Assembly: GCA_963799845.1 (NCBI GenBank)
Contig: CAWCYI010000004.1
Coordinates: 128,001 to 192,000, forward strand
Direction: 5' to 3'
Source of the DNA: an uncultured Nitrososphaerota archaeon
GTDB lineage: Archaea; Thermoproteota; Nitrososphaeria; Nitrososphaerales; CADDZS01
DNA: 64,000 nucleotides
The position numbers and the translations under genes were made by a program. The notes below the pieces were generated by a model. That model saw only the letters and a list, made by a program, of their open reading frames with translations, did not search any database and had not been told where the DNA came from. Of the stretch, positions 1 through 9,810 are shown in pieces (positions within the stretch are counted from its first letter, which is position 1; every line of letters starts with the position of its first letter).

Positions 1-732
1 TCAAGGGACAACTTCGACGCTGATCTTCTAGAGCAGATGGGATACTCAAAGGCAAAGAGCAAGGCGATCGACGCATCTTCGAAAGCTTCGCGGGGAGCAA
101 ACATGAGGGATGAAGATCTTGCGAGGATAGTTCAGCTCGCAGAGGAAGCCCAGCGTCTGTACGTGCTGCGCGACAAGCTCGCCTCTCACGTCGAAAAGAC
201 GATGAGAGAGGTTGCGCCAAACCTCACGGACATAGCTGGAGCCACGATCGGTGCTCGACTCATCGCGAAGGCTGGAGGTCTGAGAAAGCTGTCGATAATG
301 CCAGCCAGCACGATCCAGATTCTGGGGGCTGAAAAGGCGCTTTACCGGGCTCTGAAGAGCGGTGCGCGGCCTCCAAAACACGGTATACTGTTCCAGCACG
401 CCGCGGTCCACAGCGCCCCAAAGTGGCAGCGCGGAAAGGTAGCGAGATCCGTCGCCGGCAAACTCGCCATCGCGGCTCGAATCGATTCGTTCAGGGGCTC
501 AAAGGACGAAACGATTTTGAGTTCTCTGCAATCTCGGCTGGATGAAATCAGAGAGAAATACAAGGAAGCACCGAAGGAGAGCGAACATCGAGAGTTCTCC
601 CCGAGGGAACCGCGTAGATTCGAACCCAGAGGCAGAGACGGCGGGCCCAGGGGCAGAAGAGAAAACGAAAGATTTCCCAGAAGAAACAGAGGACCAAAAC
701 GCCCGGGAAAGCCAGGTCATGACCGTAGATAA
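1..732 (+). CDS. nop5: C/D box sRNP protein Nop5 (Nop56/58), 5'-truncated by the window
   Basis: Nop domain motifs APNL...GARLIAKAGGL, PASTIQILGAEKAL, PPKHGILFQ, RGKVAR..AGKLAIAARID; immediately upstream of fibrillarin. Confidence 0.95.
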   Translation, partial: SRDNFDADLLEQMGYSKAKSKAIDASSKASRGANMRDEDLARIVQLAEEAQRLYVLRDKLASHVEKTMREVAPNLTDIAGATIGARLIAKAGGLRKLSIMPASTIQILGAEKALYRALKSGARPPKHGILFQHAAVHSAPKWQRGKVARSVAGKLAIAARIDSFRGSKDETILSSLQSRLDEIREKYKEAPKESEHREFSPREPRRFEPRGRDGGPRGRRENERFPRRNRGPKRPGKPGHDRR

Positions 733-1435
733 TTCAGTTGTTCAATTATTTGATGGAGTTTTTCTCGCTCCCGATCCTCGAAACCCCAACAAGAAAATCA
801 TCACGACGGAAAACTTGACACCGGGCCGTGCGATTTACGGAGAGACTCTAATCCAGCAATTGGTCGGGGGAAAGAAAATCGAGCTGAGGTCGTGGGACCC
901 ATTCAGGAGCAAACTTTCAGCGGCCATATTGAATCGATTGAAGAATTTTCCGTTTTCAAAGGGTTCGCGCTGTCTCTATCTCGGAGCTTCCACCGGAACA
1001 ACGGTTTCGCATGTCTCAGATATTGTGGGCTCGAGCGGAAAAATATTCGCGGTGGAAGTCGCATCCAGGGTCGCGCGTGAGTTGATGGAAAATGTCGTAA
1101 AATACAGAAAAAATGTCGTACCCATCGTCGCTGACGCAAAACATCCCGAGAAATATACGGTTGTATACGGTAACATCGAGATTGTCTACTGTGACGTCGC
1201 GCAACCTGATCAAACCGAGATCGCGATAAAAAATTGTGATGAATACTTGGACAAACCGGGATACCTCTTCCTAGTAGTCAAAGCGAGCAGCATCGACGCG
1301 CTAAAATCCAAACAAGAGGTCTTTGAAGATCAAACGAGGATCTTAGAGCATGACAATTTCGATATCTTGCAGGAGATTGATCTCGAACCGTACGACAGAA
1401 ATCACGCGATGATTTTGGCTAAATCCCGGAGCTGA
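719..1435 (+). CDS. flpA: Fibrillarin-like rRNA/tRNA 2'-O-methyltransferase
   Basis: WDPFRSKLSAAI, LYLGASTGTTVSHVSDI, YCDVAQPDQ, LEPYDRNHA; likely start ATG 719. Confidence 0.95.
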   Translation: MTVDNSVVQLFDGVFLAPDPRNPNKKIITTENLTPGRAIYGETLIQQLVGGKKIELRSWDPFRSKLSAAILNRLKNFPFSKGSRCLYLGASTGTTVSHVSDIVGSSGKIFAVEVASRVARELMENVVKYRKNVVPIVADAKHPEKYTVVYGNIEIVYCDVAQPDQTEIAIKNCDEYLDKPGYLFLVVKASSIDALKSKQEVFEDQTRILEHDNFDILQEIDLEPYDRNHAMILAKSRS

Positions 1436-2162
1436 TGTCTTCCTCGATAATTTCGGTCAATGTTTTCATTGTTCCCTCTTCTACGACAAGTCCCTGAAGC
1501 CTTCGTATCGTAATCCAAGAAAGTCTCGTAATCGGTGGAAACTGACTCGAAGTCTCGTAGATCTTCTTCAGATAAGAGATCGTATCGGGATCTGACGGAT
1601 AGCCGCTTCCGAACTCTCCGTGTTTTCTCCTCAATCTCTTCACGTAAGAGTCTCGGGTAACTTTGGCAACTATCGAGGCCGCAGAAACAACAGGATAGTT
1701 TTGATCAGCGTGATGTTCGCTCACAATCTTATCAAACAATGGGTTTCTTTCACCCACTGTGAACGACTTTCCTCCTCTTTCCGCTACCAGGTCTGAAATG
1801 AGTTGACCGAATCGAGTCTGGTTTGTGTCGCAGCAATCCACGAACGCCCTGTCGAAGCTCAATTTGAATAAAATAGAAGACATTGTTTTAGCTTCAAGGT
1901 AATTCAACCGGTACAGACGTTCCCCATGGAACACGACTTTGTCTATTTCCTTCGGAAGAATCTTCTCATAGGTTACCTCGCTCGCGAGCTCTTTGATCTT
2001 CCTGAACAGATATCGTCGTCGCCGTGGCAGCAGAAGTTTTGAATCTTTCACCCCCAATTTGACCAATTCGGGAATTTTCGAATCTTCAATAGACACTCCC
2101 GCGACGATCAGAGGTCCGAGTACTGATCCGCGACCAGCCTCGTCAACTCCCGCTAGGATCAA
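1419..2162 (-). CDS. rnhB: Ribonuclease HII
   Basis: GVDEAGRGSVLGPL, DSK, VSAASIVAKVTRD, GSGYPSDP. Confidence 0.96.
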   Translation of the reverse strand: MILAGVDEAGRGSVLGPLIVAGVSIEDSKIPELVKLGVKDSKLLLPRRRRYLFRKIKELASEVTYEKILPKEIDKVVFHGERLYRLNYLEAKTMSSILFKLSFDRAFVDCCDTNQTRFGQLISDLVAERGGKSFTVGERNPLFDKIVSEHHADQNYPVVSAASIVAKVTRDSYVKRLRRKHGEFGSGYPSDPDTISYLKKIYETSSQFPPITRLSWITIRRLQGLVVEEGTMKTLTEIIEEDISSGI

Positions 2163-2731
2163 GTTTTCGCGCCGTCCGCATTCCTCATCGTCAGAAATTG
2201 AATTATATCTTCCGCAATCTCTTGGGGGAGGGTATCTCTGTTTTCAAAAGTGATTTCGTGTTCGACGGCGTTTTTGGAAGCCCTCAGATCGTCGATAAGA
2301 GGATCCTGAAACCTTTTGTGAACGACGCAGACTGAAGGTTTGTCGGTTTCCAAGACCGATGAACGAACGGCGGTGCGAAACTCTGGACTCAAAAGTTCCA
2401 TCGGTCCGATTTCGTCAACAGCGATTATGTCGGAATGGGTAGAGGCATGCATGAATGCTGCGACGGCAAACGAGGATAGGACCTTCAAATTGACTCTGTA
2501 TTTTCCGATTCTGGGTCCGACGATCCCGCTTACCTGCGCCAGGGACTGCGATTCATCGGTGGAGATGTCCACAAGTCGAAAACCCTCCCTTTCTCCATGG
2601 CTTCTCACCTCCCTCGTCAGTATTCCTCCGACAGTAAAGCCAGAAGTCCTTAGCTCAAGAATGATCTTGGAAAGAGCGGTGGATTTGCCAGCGGCGGGAT
2701 CGCCGGTTAGAAGCCAGATCCTATTTGACAA
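2159..2731 (-). CDS. THEP1/NTPase_1 family nucleoside triphosphatase
   Basis: Walker A GDPAAGKST, GKYRVN, VDEIGPMEL. Confidence 0.9.
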   Translation of the reverse strand: MSNRIWLLTGDPAAGKSTALSKIILELRTSGFTVGGILTREVRSHGEREGFRLVDISTDESQSLAQVSGIVGPRIGKYRVNLKVLSSFAVAAFMHASTHSDIIAVDEIGPMELLSPEFRTAVRSSVLETDKPSVCVVHKRFQDPLIDDLRASKNAVEHEITFENRDTLPQEIAEDIIQFLTMRNADGAKT

Positions 2732-2867
2732 ACAAGATCACAGATGAGAAATGTTCCCAGCAGGTCATTATGTAAGTAGATGGCTTGCGTTTTTTACAAA
2801 TCCAGTTCACTCGTCACGCTAGCTCTAAAGAGCTATTAGACTGGATTTCGGCGGACGCTGGAATATA

Positions 2868-4031
2868 ATGGGCTCGGTCAGTTCATGCAAAATCAAAGAG
2901 GGCTCGACCGAACTCATAGTACCCGACCAAATCGAGCCAACAAAATATCCTTCGTTTTTCAACCCGAGAGGAAAACTCGTTCGTGACGTTTCCATCATAT
3001 GTTACTCCGCCTGTGTGAGTGCTCTGAAAAAAAGCGGGACCCATGCCGATGATTTGACGTTTGCCGACTCACTTTGCGGTACCGGAGCTAGAGGGATTAG
3101 AGTTGCGACTGAAGTCCGCGACGTCGACCGAGTGTTTCTCAACGACGTAAGCTCGCTTTCGATTGACCTCGCGAAAAGATCTGCGAAGGAGAATGGTGTA
3201 GAACAAAGGTGTGTTTTTTCCCAAGAGGAAGCGTGCAGTTTTCTCTCTGCACGCAATCCAAACGAAGGCGAGCGCTTTGATATCGTCGATGTCGATCCTT
3301 TTGGGACACCCAGCCCCTTCGTCGAGTGCGCGCTCAGAGCAGTCAAACATGGTGGGATGCTCTCAATTTCGGCGACAGACACAGCAGTCCTGTGCGGCGT
3401 ATATCCAAGGGTCGCCCAAAGAAAGTATCTGGGGCTACCATTGAGGACAGATTACTCACACGAAATCGGCATGCGATTGATCTTCGGGCTACTTTCTATG
3501 GGTGCGATGCGCCTTGAGTCCTCGATCAAGCCGCTATTTTGTCACCACGATATGCATTATTTTAGAGCATATTGCACCGTGGAGATTGGAAACAGTTATT
3601 CAAGACAGAACGAATCCGAGATCGGCTACGTCCTTCACTGCTTCAGATGCGGCTCCAGAAAGGTGGTGTCGAGAACCAATTTCTTTTTGGATATCGAGGG
3701 AAACCTAAAGTGCTCAGAGTGCACCACCCAAGGAGTGAAATTTGCGGGGCCACTATGGATTGGAAAGATCCAGTCTCAAGATTTTGTGGCAAATTGCGCA
3801 AGGAATAGCGAATTAGGCTTGTTCCAATCCGAGTCAGATATTCCGCTCTACTACGATCTGACTGAGATGTCCGATATCATGGAAACAAGAACGCCCAAGA
3901 TTATGGATGTGATAACGGAGCTCAATTCAATCGGTCACTCTGCAGGACGGACTCGGCTGAATCGGAATGCTGTTCGGACGGACGCTCCTCCGAAAGACCT
4001 TCGAAAGATCTTGGCTCGACTTTCCCATTGA
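2868..4031 (+). CDS. trm1: tRNA (guanine-26-N2)-dimethyltransferase
   Basis: FFNP, DSLCGTGARGIR, DVDPFGTPSPF, SATDTAVLCG, two CxxC, GPLWIG. Confidence 0.93.
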   Translation: MGSVSSCKIKEGSTELIVPDQIEPTKYPSFFNPRGKLVRDVSIICYSACVSALKKSGTHADDLTFADSLCGTGARGIRVATEVRDVDRVFLNDVSSLSIDLAKRSAKENGVEQRCVFSQEEACSFLSARNPNEGERFDIVDVDPFGTPSPFVECALRAVKHGGMLSISATDTAVLCGVYPRVAQRKYLGLPLRTDYSHEIGMRLIFGLLSMGAMRLESSIKPLFCHHDMHYFRAYCTVEIGNSYSRQNESEIGYVLHCFRCGSRKVVSRTNFFLDIEGNLKCSECTTQGVKFAGPLWIGKIQSQDFVANCARNSELGLFQSESDIPLYYDLTEMSDIMETRTPKIMDVITELNSIGHSAGRTRLNRNAVRTDAPPKDLRKILARLSH

Positions 4032-4620
4032 AATCCATTGAGACGAGATACACCTCGCTGCTCTCGTTTCGGCTCGCTTCCGGTTTTGAAACTTCAACTC
4101 GAGAAAAGGAATACCTGAGTCTTTTGATCAGCGGCTCCAGTTCGTCCCCGTGAAACGCCTTCATCACGGATGAGCCGCCCCTGACTAAAGCGTCCGGGAG
4201 CAAGTCGAGAACGTTGTGGCACAACTCAATTTGCTTGAAATGATCCATGTCCCAGATTCCGGAAAGTTTAGGAGAGAGGTCGGCGAGCACGCAGTCTGCA
4301 TTTCCTTTTCCCAATGCCGCGTGGAGCTTATCAGGAAAATCGGGGGACGAAACGTCTTCCAGAATTATTATGACATTTTTTCCGACCGGTTTCACACGTA
4401 CAATGTCAACTCCCACTACTACGCCTTCAGGCCCAACTAATTTGGCGGCAACTTCGAGCCAACCCCCAGGCGCCGACCCTATGTCGACGACTCTGTGCCC
4501 TGCTCTAATTAGTTTGTACTTTTGGTTTATCTGAAGTAGTTTGTAGGCGGCTCTGCTTCGGTAACCCTCTTCCTTTGCCATCTTCCTGTAATAGTCTTTC
4601 TTTGCTTCATCGAGTCTCAA
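3922..4620 (-). CDS. rlmE: 23S rRNA Um2552 methyltransferase (FtsJ/RrmJ)
   Basis: GYRSRAAYKL, DIGSAPGGW, KPEASRNESSEVY. Confidence 0.95.
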   Translation of the reverse strand: MRLDEAKKDYYRKMAKEEGYRSRAAYKLLQINQKYKLIRAGHRVVDIGSAPGGWLEVAAKLVGPEGVVVGVDIVRVKPVGKNVIIILEDVSSPDFPDKLHAALGKGNADCVLADLSPKLSGIWDMDHFKQIELCHNVLDLLPDALVRGGSSVMKAFHGDELEPLIKRLRYSFSRVEVSKPEASRNESSEVYLVSMDFNGKVEPRSFEGLSEERPSEQHSDSAESVLQSDRLN

Positions 4621-4725
4621 AGCGAAACACTAGATCGCTTAATGTAACTAAGTGTCTTTTGGCAATTAAAGGGATTAAGGATTGCGTACAGGGACGAACA
4701 AATGCTTCCCTAAAATAAGGGGAAT

Positions 4726-5154
4726 CTATCTTGCCGACGCGGCAGCAACTCTACTCAGAGGGGCGGAAATTTCCATCTCTGTCAGAGTTTCGCGGTATTC
4801 CTTTACAACCCATTCCGATATCCAAGGACAGGAGAGCGGACTGACGACCCCGGTCAAGGAGCATTTAGCTTCATAGGGGCAGGTAATGCACGGAGCCGAT
4901 TCAATTGAACGAATTTGAACCGGCATCCTAAGAGGAGTTAGCTTGTAAGTCCATCGCCCGCCATCGAGGACTTTTTCCCTACGAATCATACCTCTTCTTT
5001 CTAATCTGATTGCAAGTCTCGACCCATCTCTACTTGTCAAAATGAGCTCCTTCCAAAGCTCGCTTTGCAAAACTCCGTCACCACCGTGTTCGACAACCAG
5101 CTTGTACACCTTCGAGGTGAGGTCGAATAAAACATCCTCTTCCTGTTTTGACAT
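4726..5154 (-). CDS. RPC34-like winged-helix/Fe-S protein (TFE beta subunit)
   Basis: wHTH (GVLQSELWKEL...SRLAIRLERRGMIRREK) plus C-terminal PCxxC-x5-C-x10-C cluster; downstream of TFB as in Cren/Thaumarchaeota; ATG 5154. Confidence 0.8.
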   Translation of the reverse strand: MSKQEEDVLFDLTSKVYKLVVEHGGDGVLQSELWKELILTSRDGSRLAIRLERRGMIRREKVLDGGRWTYKLTPLRMPVQIRSIESAPCITCPYEAKCSLTGVVSPLSCPWISEWVVKEYRETLTEMEISAPLSRVAAASAR

Positions 5155-5232
5155 GCTTGTAGCCGCCACAAAAGACACCGGAATAGTATAGAATAGTAAT
5201 ATGTTCGAAGTAGGATTAAAACCTTTCAAACG

Positions 5233-6186
5233 TTAAGGCAGCAAGACTCTAACTCTTTGCCTTATCGTAAATTTTTCGAGTATTTCACGACATCTGTTTC
5301 TGACAGTCACTTCTGTAACTTCGGCGATCTCCGCGATTTCCCGTTGCGGAATATGTTCGCTGCAAAGAACTGAAGCGATATAGACATAAGCTGCTGCAAG
5401 GCCTGCCGGCGTTTTTCCGCTAGAAATTTCGCTTTCGGTGGCGCGGTCGGCCAGGTCGAGCGCGATCCGTTCGACCTTGGGGTTAATTTTTTCTTTGTTG
5501 ACGAGCTTCGAGATATATTTCTGGACCGTTGGTGGAGGCACGTAGTTTTTCTCGACTTCATTCAGTAGTAGCCTGAAATATCTTGCCGACGCTCTCTCTT
5601 GAGTTCCAGCCGCTTTTGATATCTCTCTCAACGATCTGTTGACATTGCTTCTTCGACAAGCAAGATAGAGCGAGGCCGCGGCCATCCCCGCGATTGATTT
5701 GCTCTTGGAAACACTCTGCTTTGCGGACTTTCTGAAAATGTGGGATGCTTCCTCCACAATCGGAGCAGGGAGCCTGAGCTGGTCTGCGGCTTCGGTTATT
5801 TTCGTAAGTGCATTGGCAAGGCTCCGTTCTCCCTGAGCCGAAGTGCGAATACGCCTCTGCCACTTTTGCATACGTTGAGCATTTTGCCGATTATACTGAT
5901 CAAGATACCTTCCGTGAGAATCCCGATTATCGCCTGAAATATCCGTGGAAAGTCCATAGTCGTGAAGCGCAAACGAAGCCGGAAGCCCAACCCTCATCCT
6001 CTTGGATCGTTCTTCGTAGTCTAACTGCTTCCACTCTGGCGCGCTGTCGATGCTCTGGTCAATTGCTACAAAACCGCAATGGGGGCAGAGGATCTCTCCC
6101 TTTTCCTGATCGCCAATCAGCATTTCTCGGCAATTCGGGCACTGGTTCTGTCCTGAAATTCCGGTCTCTTTCCGCGCTGGAAACAT
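5233..6186 (-). CDS. tfb: Transcription initiation factor IIB
   Basis: N-terminal Zn ribbon CPNC..CPHCG, PEW, two cyclin repeats, GKTPAGLAAA, VTEVTVRNR. Confidence 0.95.
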   Translation of the reverse strand: MFPARKETGISGQNQCPNCREMLIGDQEKGEILCPHCGFVAIDQSIDSAPEWKQLDYEERSKRMRVGLPASFALHDYGLSTDISGDNRDSHGRYLDQYNRQNAQRMQKWQRRIRTSAQGERSLANALTKITEAADQLRLPAPIVEEASHIFRKSAKQSVSKSKSIAGMAAASLYLACRRSNVNRSLREISKAAGTQERASARYFRLLLNEVEKNYVPPPTVQKYISKLVNKEKINPKVERIALDLADRATESEISSGKTPAGLAAAYVYIASVLCSEHIPQREIAEIAEVTEVTVRNRCREILEKFTIRQRVRVLLP

Positions 6187-6194
6187 GAGTTATT

Positions 6195-6554
6195 CTATCT
6201 CCTGTCGCGATATCTATTCTGCGAAGAACCTCGGCTAGTTGATCCGGATCTCATATTACCTGACGGTCTTCTTGAAAATCGGTTCCGCCCTAAACTCTTC
6301 GGCTCTTCTTCGCCGACATAAAGTTTCGTTCCCACGATTCTCTCTATTCTTTCAGTGAACGGTTGGACAGACAAGTAGGGCGCCTCCACTGGACCAATTA
6401 ATTCAAGGACCTTGCCGGTTCTCCTACCCTTGTCATCCACAAGAATCGTGCCCTCCCGAGATGGAGAACTCGCTTTCACGATTAGTCGACCGCTCCTAGC
6501 CAAGTGAAGAACGGTTCCAGCTTCTTGCAATTGCGCGCGATCGATTGGTTTCAA
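6195..6554 (-). CDS. gar1: H/ACA sRNP protein Gar1
   Basis: GTVLHLARSGRLIV, GKVLELIGPVEAPY; conserved gar1-tfb order. Confidence 0.88.
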   Translation of the reverse strand: MKPIDRAQLQEAGTVLHLARSGRLIVKASSPSREGTILVDDKGRRTGKVLELIGPVEAPYLSVQPFTERIERIVGTKLYVGEEEPKSLGRNRFSRRPSGNMRSGSTSRGSSQNRYRDRR

Positions 6555-6608
6555 TCTTTTAAGAGTTGTTTAAGGAAAAACTAGACACTTGGGAGAAATA
6601 TTCCGAGC

Positions 6609-7007
6609 TTACCGAGTTATGATTTTCTTCGCAATCGAGGAGATCGAATCTGAAAGATTATCGTTCTCAGCAAGATCTGAAAGAACTCTCATCATTACAA
6701 GCTGTCGATAGAGGTTTTTCTTTACATCTAGCTTGAAATTCTCCAGAGCCAACTTTCCCTTTTCTGAAGAAACATAGCGCTTAATCCCGGGCTCTCCGGT
6801 TGGAACATGCAGTAAGAGACCATTTTCCTCCATCTCTCCCAGCAGGTAATAGACAGACCCGGGGCTTGGAGACCAAAGATCTTCAGTCATTTTCGGGACT
6901 TCGGACATGATTTCGACTCCCGTTACCGGTCTCGTAGTAGCCAGCTTCAAGATGATCATCTTAAGCAAACCCTTGGGAGCGAACACTTCGTTGCCATTCT
7001 TTGGCAT
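6609..7007 (-). CDS. PadR family transcriptional regulator
   Basis: PKGLLKMIIL, WSPSPGSVY, RYVSSEKGK. Confidence 0.85.
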   Translation of the reverse strand: MPKNGNEVFAPKGLLKMIILKLATTRPVTGVEIMSEVPKMTEDLWSPSPGSVYYLLGEMEENGLLLHVPTGEPGIKRYVSSEKGKLALENFKLDVKKNLYRQLVMMRVLSDLAENDNLSDSISSIAKKIITR

Positions 7008-7077
7008 GCTCTCTCATAAAACGAGCGATGGATAAAAACAATAATTAAACAAGATTTGATGGATGGGTCGATAAACC

Positions 7078-8097
7078 GTGGTGAAATTGAGTTTTGGCTT
7101 GATTGTTCATGGTGGAGCAGGGTCTCTCTCGTTATCGATGAGAAAAGACATCAATTTGAGAAGAGAAACATTGCGAAAATCGGCTAGCGAAGGTTACAAC
7201 ATACTCCGGAGCGGAGGTTCGTCGCTGGATGCGGTCGAAGCTTCGATTTGGGTCTTGGAGGACAGCCAAATCTTCAACGCTGGCTCGGGCTCCTGCACCA
7301 CGATCGATGGAAAGGTTGAACCGGATGCTGCCTTGATGCTCGGCGACCTCAGCTGTGGGGCTGTTGCCTGTGCAAATATGGTTTCGAATCCGATTTCGCT
7401 AGCCCGCGCAGTGATGGAGAAAACCGACCATGTTTTCCTCGCGGGTTCTGAGCCATTGAGAATGTTTGCCAAGTCTATCAAGATGGAGATACACGACCTG
7501 AAACCGACCGAGGCCAGGTTGAAGCAGTATCGTGAATATTTGCGAAAAATGAAGTCGGATGAACTGAAGGAATGGCCCAAGAATTCAAAACTCCTCGGAT
7601 CATATGATCAGAGTTATGGCAAACTTGGCACGGTGGGTTCAGTCGCAATCGATTCTTCCGGAAGAGTTTGTGCAGGAGTGTCTACCGGCGGGAGATTCAT
7701 GAAACTACCTGGAAGAGTTGGAGATTCTGCTGTACTTGGCGCTGGGATATATGCCGACTCGAACTCGGGAGCCGCCTCGGCTACAGGAGCAGGGGAAGAA
7801 ATAATCCGGGTTTCTCTTTGCAAGACCGTTTGTGATTTCATGAAATCCGGACTCGATGCTCAATCTGCTTGTGATGCATCAATCAGCCTTCTCTCAAGAG
7901 TAAGAGGAATTGGAACGGCCGGTGTTATCGCGATTGACAAATCAGGTAATTACGGTCTATCGAGAAACACGAAAATGATGCCAGTCTCCCTTTGTTTCTC
8001 TTACAAAGACAAGCCGGTAGCAGCGGTGGGTCCCGAAGAATACACTGCCCTGTATTTGAAACCAGCATTCAATCAGACGAGAAGGCTCAAGATGTAA
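7078..8097 (+). CDS. Isoaspartyl peptidase/L-asparaginase (Ntn hydrolase)
   Basis: VHGGAG, FNAGSGS, GTVGSVA nucleophile Thr, STGG, GRVGDS. Confidence 0.93.
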   Translation: MVKLSFGLIVHGGAGSLSLSMRKDINLRRETLRKSASEGYNILRSGGSSLDAVEASIWVLEDSQIFNAGSGSCTTIDGKVEPDAALMLGDLSCGAVACANMVSNPISLARAVMEKTDHVFLAGSEPLRMFAKSIKMEIHDLKPTEARLKQYREYLRKMKSDELKEWPKNSKLLGSYDQSYGKLGTVGSVAIDSSGRVCAGVSTGGRFMKLPGRVGDSAVLGAGIYADSNSGAASATGAGEEIIRVSLCKTVCDFMKSGLDAQSACDASISLLSRVRGIGTAGVIAIDKSGNYGLSRNTKMMPVSLCFSYKDKPVAAVGPEEYTALYLKPAFNQTRRLKM

Positions 8098-8100
8098 CGT

Positions 8101-8830
8101 TCATTCCGCCTTGGACAGCAAGATCACTGCAGCCCCGCCCAACATTCTAAATTCGCTTCTTGAGATCTTGAACCCTTCTTTTTCCACGATGCCGAAGAAC
8201 TCTGAGATTGATGGAAGTCTCTTGTAAGTTTTTGAGAGCGTACCGAATTTTAGACCAAGTCGTCCAGAAGTCAAGAATGCAATAAGTGGAGCGATAGCAC
8301 TCCAGTAAAGCGATATCACCTGTCTTTTGACATTTGAATCTGGCTTCGAAAGATCAACAATCAAGAATTTCCCATTTACTCGTAGCAATCTCCGGATTTC
8401 CTTCAGAGCCGATTCAAGGTCGCGAGCATCTCTCAAGGAGAATCCAGCCATCACGGCGTCAATAGTTCCTTCGCGGAACGGTAGGAATTCGTATACCCCC
8501 AATAGCCCGTTCGATCCAACCCTCTTTCTGGCAACCCTCATCATCTTCGACAGCGGGTCGACCAGAGTTATTTGCGCTCTTTGTGGCGTCCTGTCTAGAA
8601 ATAGTTGAGTCATTGTTCCCGTCCCGCAACCTAAATCCAACAGGCTGAAATTCCTATCCTTGAACTCTGCGCTGAGGAGTTCGATTCCCCTTCTTCTTCA
8701 GCTTTAGATCTGTTCCCAGAGAAATGTATCGATTTGTTTTGTCATATATCGGGATAATCTCTTCCAGAGTCTTTTGGACCGAAACCCAATCATCTTTCAG
8801 TCCGAAACTTTTCCGAGGAATCCACGACAC
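8101..8830 (-). CDS. UbiE/MenG-like class I SAM methyltransferase (frameshift near 8697)
   Basis: N-terminal part IPIYDKTNRYISLG from GTG 8830 joins LDLGCGTG...GFSLRD in another frame. Confidence 0.8.
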
Positions 8831-8862
8831 TTTCCTTCAATTTGTGTAGAAATTGAGAAAAT

Positions 8863-9741
8863 TCAGACAACGCTGTCGAATGGCTTCAGAACGTCTGGAA
8901 TCTGTTCTATAATGTCCGTTGCAACTATGTGAAAGCCTTTGAGAGAAACGGCTTTCTTTCCAGCGAGGCCTACCACATAAGAAGCCGCTGCCGCTATCTC
9001 AACTGTCTTCACGTCCGAGCCACTAGTTTGGGCTATCAGTGCTCCGATAACGCCCGAGAGAGCGTCTCCGATTCCCCCGCAGGTCATCCCTGGACTTCCA
9101 GTCCTATTTACAAAGATCGACGATCCGTCAGTAATAACCGATTCAGATCCCTTCAAGACGATTGTAATTCCGTAATCTTTGGCTTTGCTACTCGTGGACT
9201 CCATCTTCGCGGGGAGTGTGTCTCCTGAATCGACTCCGAAGACCCTCTTGAATTCGCCAGGGTGCGGCGTGGTAACACAATCTTTGTGCTTAATCAGGTT
9301 GTAAATGTCCACGTTTTGGGCTTCCGCGTCAAGTGAAACCTTCACTTTTCTTTCAAGACAGATTTCCCTAAGCAATTTTTTCGTACCTTCAAGGTTTTGT
9401 CTTCCCATCCCCGGGCCAATTACTAGAGAATCGATTTCTGGAAGCCACTTCAGAAGGGCATCAGCCGCGCCGGTGGTCAGTTTTCCATCCGCAATGGGAA
9501 AAACTATCAGTTCCGGACTCAGGGATCTGACCGCGGTTGCGATGAGCTTAGGAACCGCCAAATAAACAAGGTCAGCCCCAGTCCTCAGACCTGCCATGGA
9601 AGAGAAAAAAGGGGCACCATGAAAAAGGCGACTGCCACCGATCACGCATACAACTCCGTTATCTCCCTTGTGTGAATCGGCCCTACGGGGTTGAATCACT
9701 TTCCGCAGTAGGTCATCCGAAGTTTCCGAGTATTCCACCAA
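8863..9741 (-). CDS. nnrD: ADP-dependent NAD(P)H-hydrate dehydratase (YjeF C-terminal domain)
   Basis: SHKGDNG, IGPGMG, TPHPGEF, LKG, GGIGDALSG. Confidence 0.92.
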   Translation of the reverse strand: MVEYSETSDDLLRKVIQPRRADSHKGDNGVVCVIGGSRLFHGAPFFSSMAGLRTGADLVYLAVPKLIATAVRSLSPELIVFPIADGKLTTGAADALLKWLPEIDSLVIGPGMGRQNLEGTKKLLREICLERKVKVSLDAEAQNVDIYNLIKHKDCVTTPHPGEFKRVFGVDSGDTLPAKMESTSSKAKDYGITIVLKGSESVITDGSSIFVNRTGSPGMTCGGIGDALSGVIGALIAQTSGSDVKTVEIAAAASYVVGLAGKKAVSLKGFHIVATDIIEQIPDVLKPFDSVV

Positions 9742-9810
9742 ATCACAGTTCTGAATTAGATCCAGTCAGAACCAACTATAAAAGATGCAATCAACATATC
9801 ATAACAAACA

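Noticed and set aside
542-718. 59-aa N-terminal extension of fibrillarin in the ORF track
   Set aside because: It overlaps the Nop5 tail in another frame; homology starts after ATG 719
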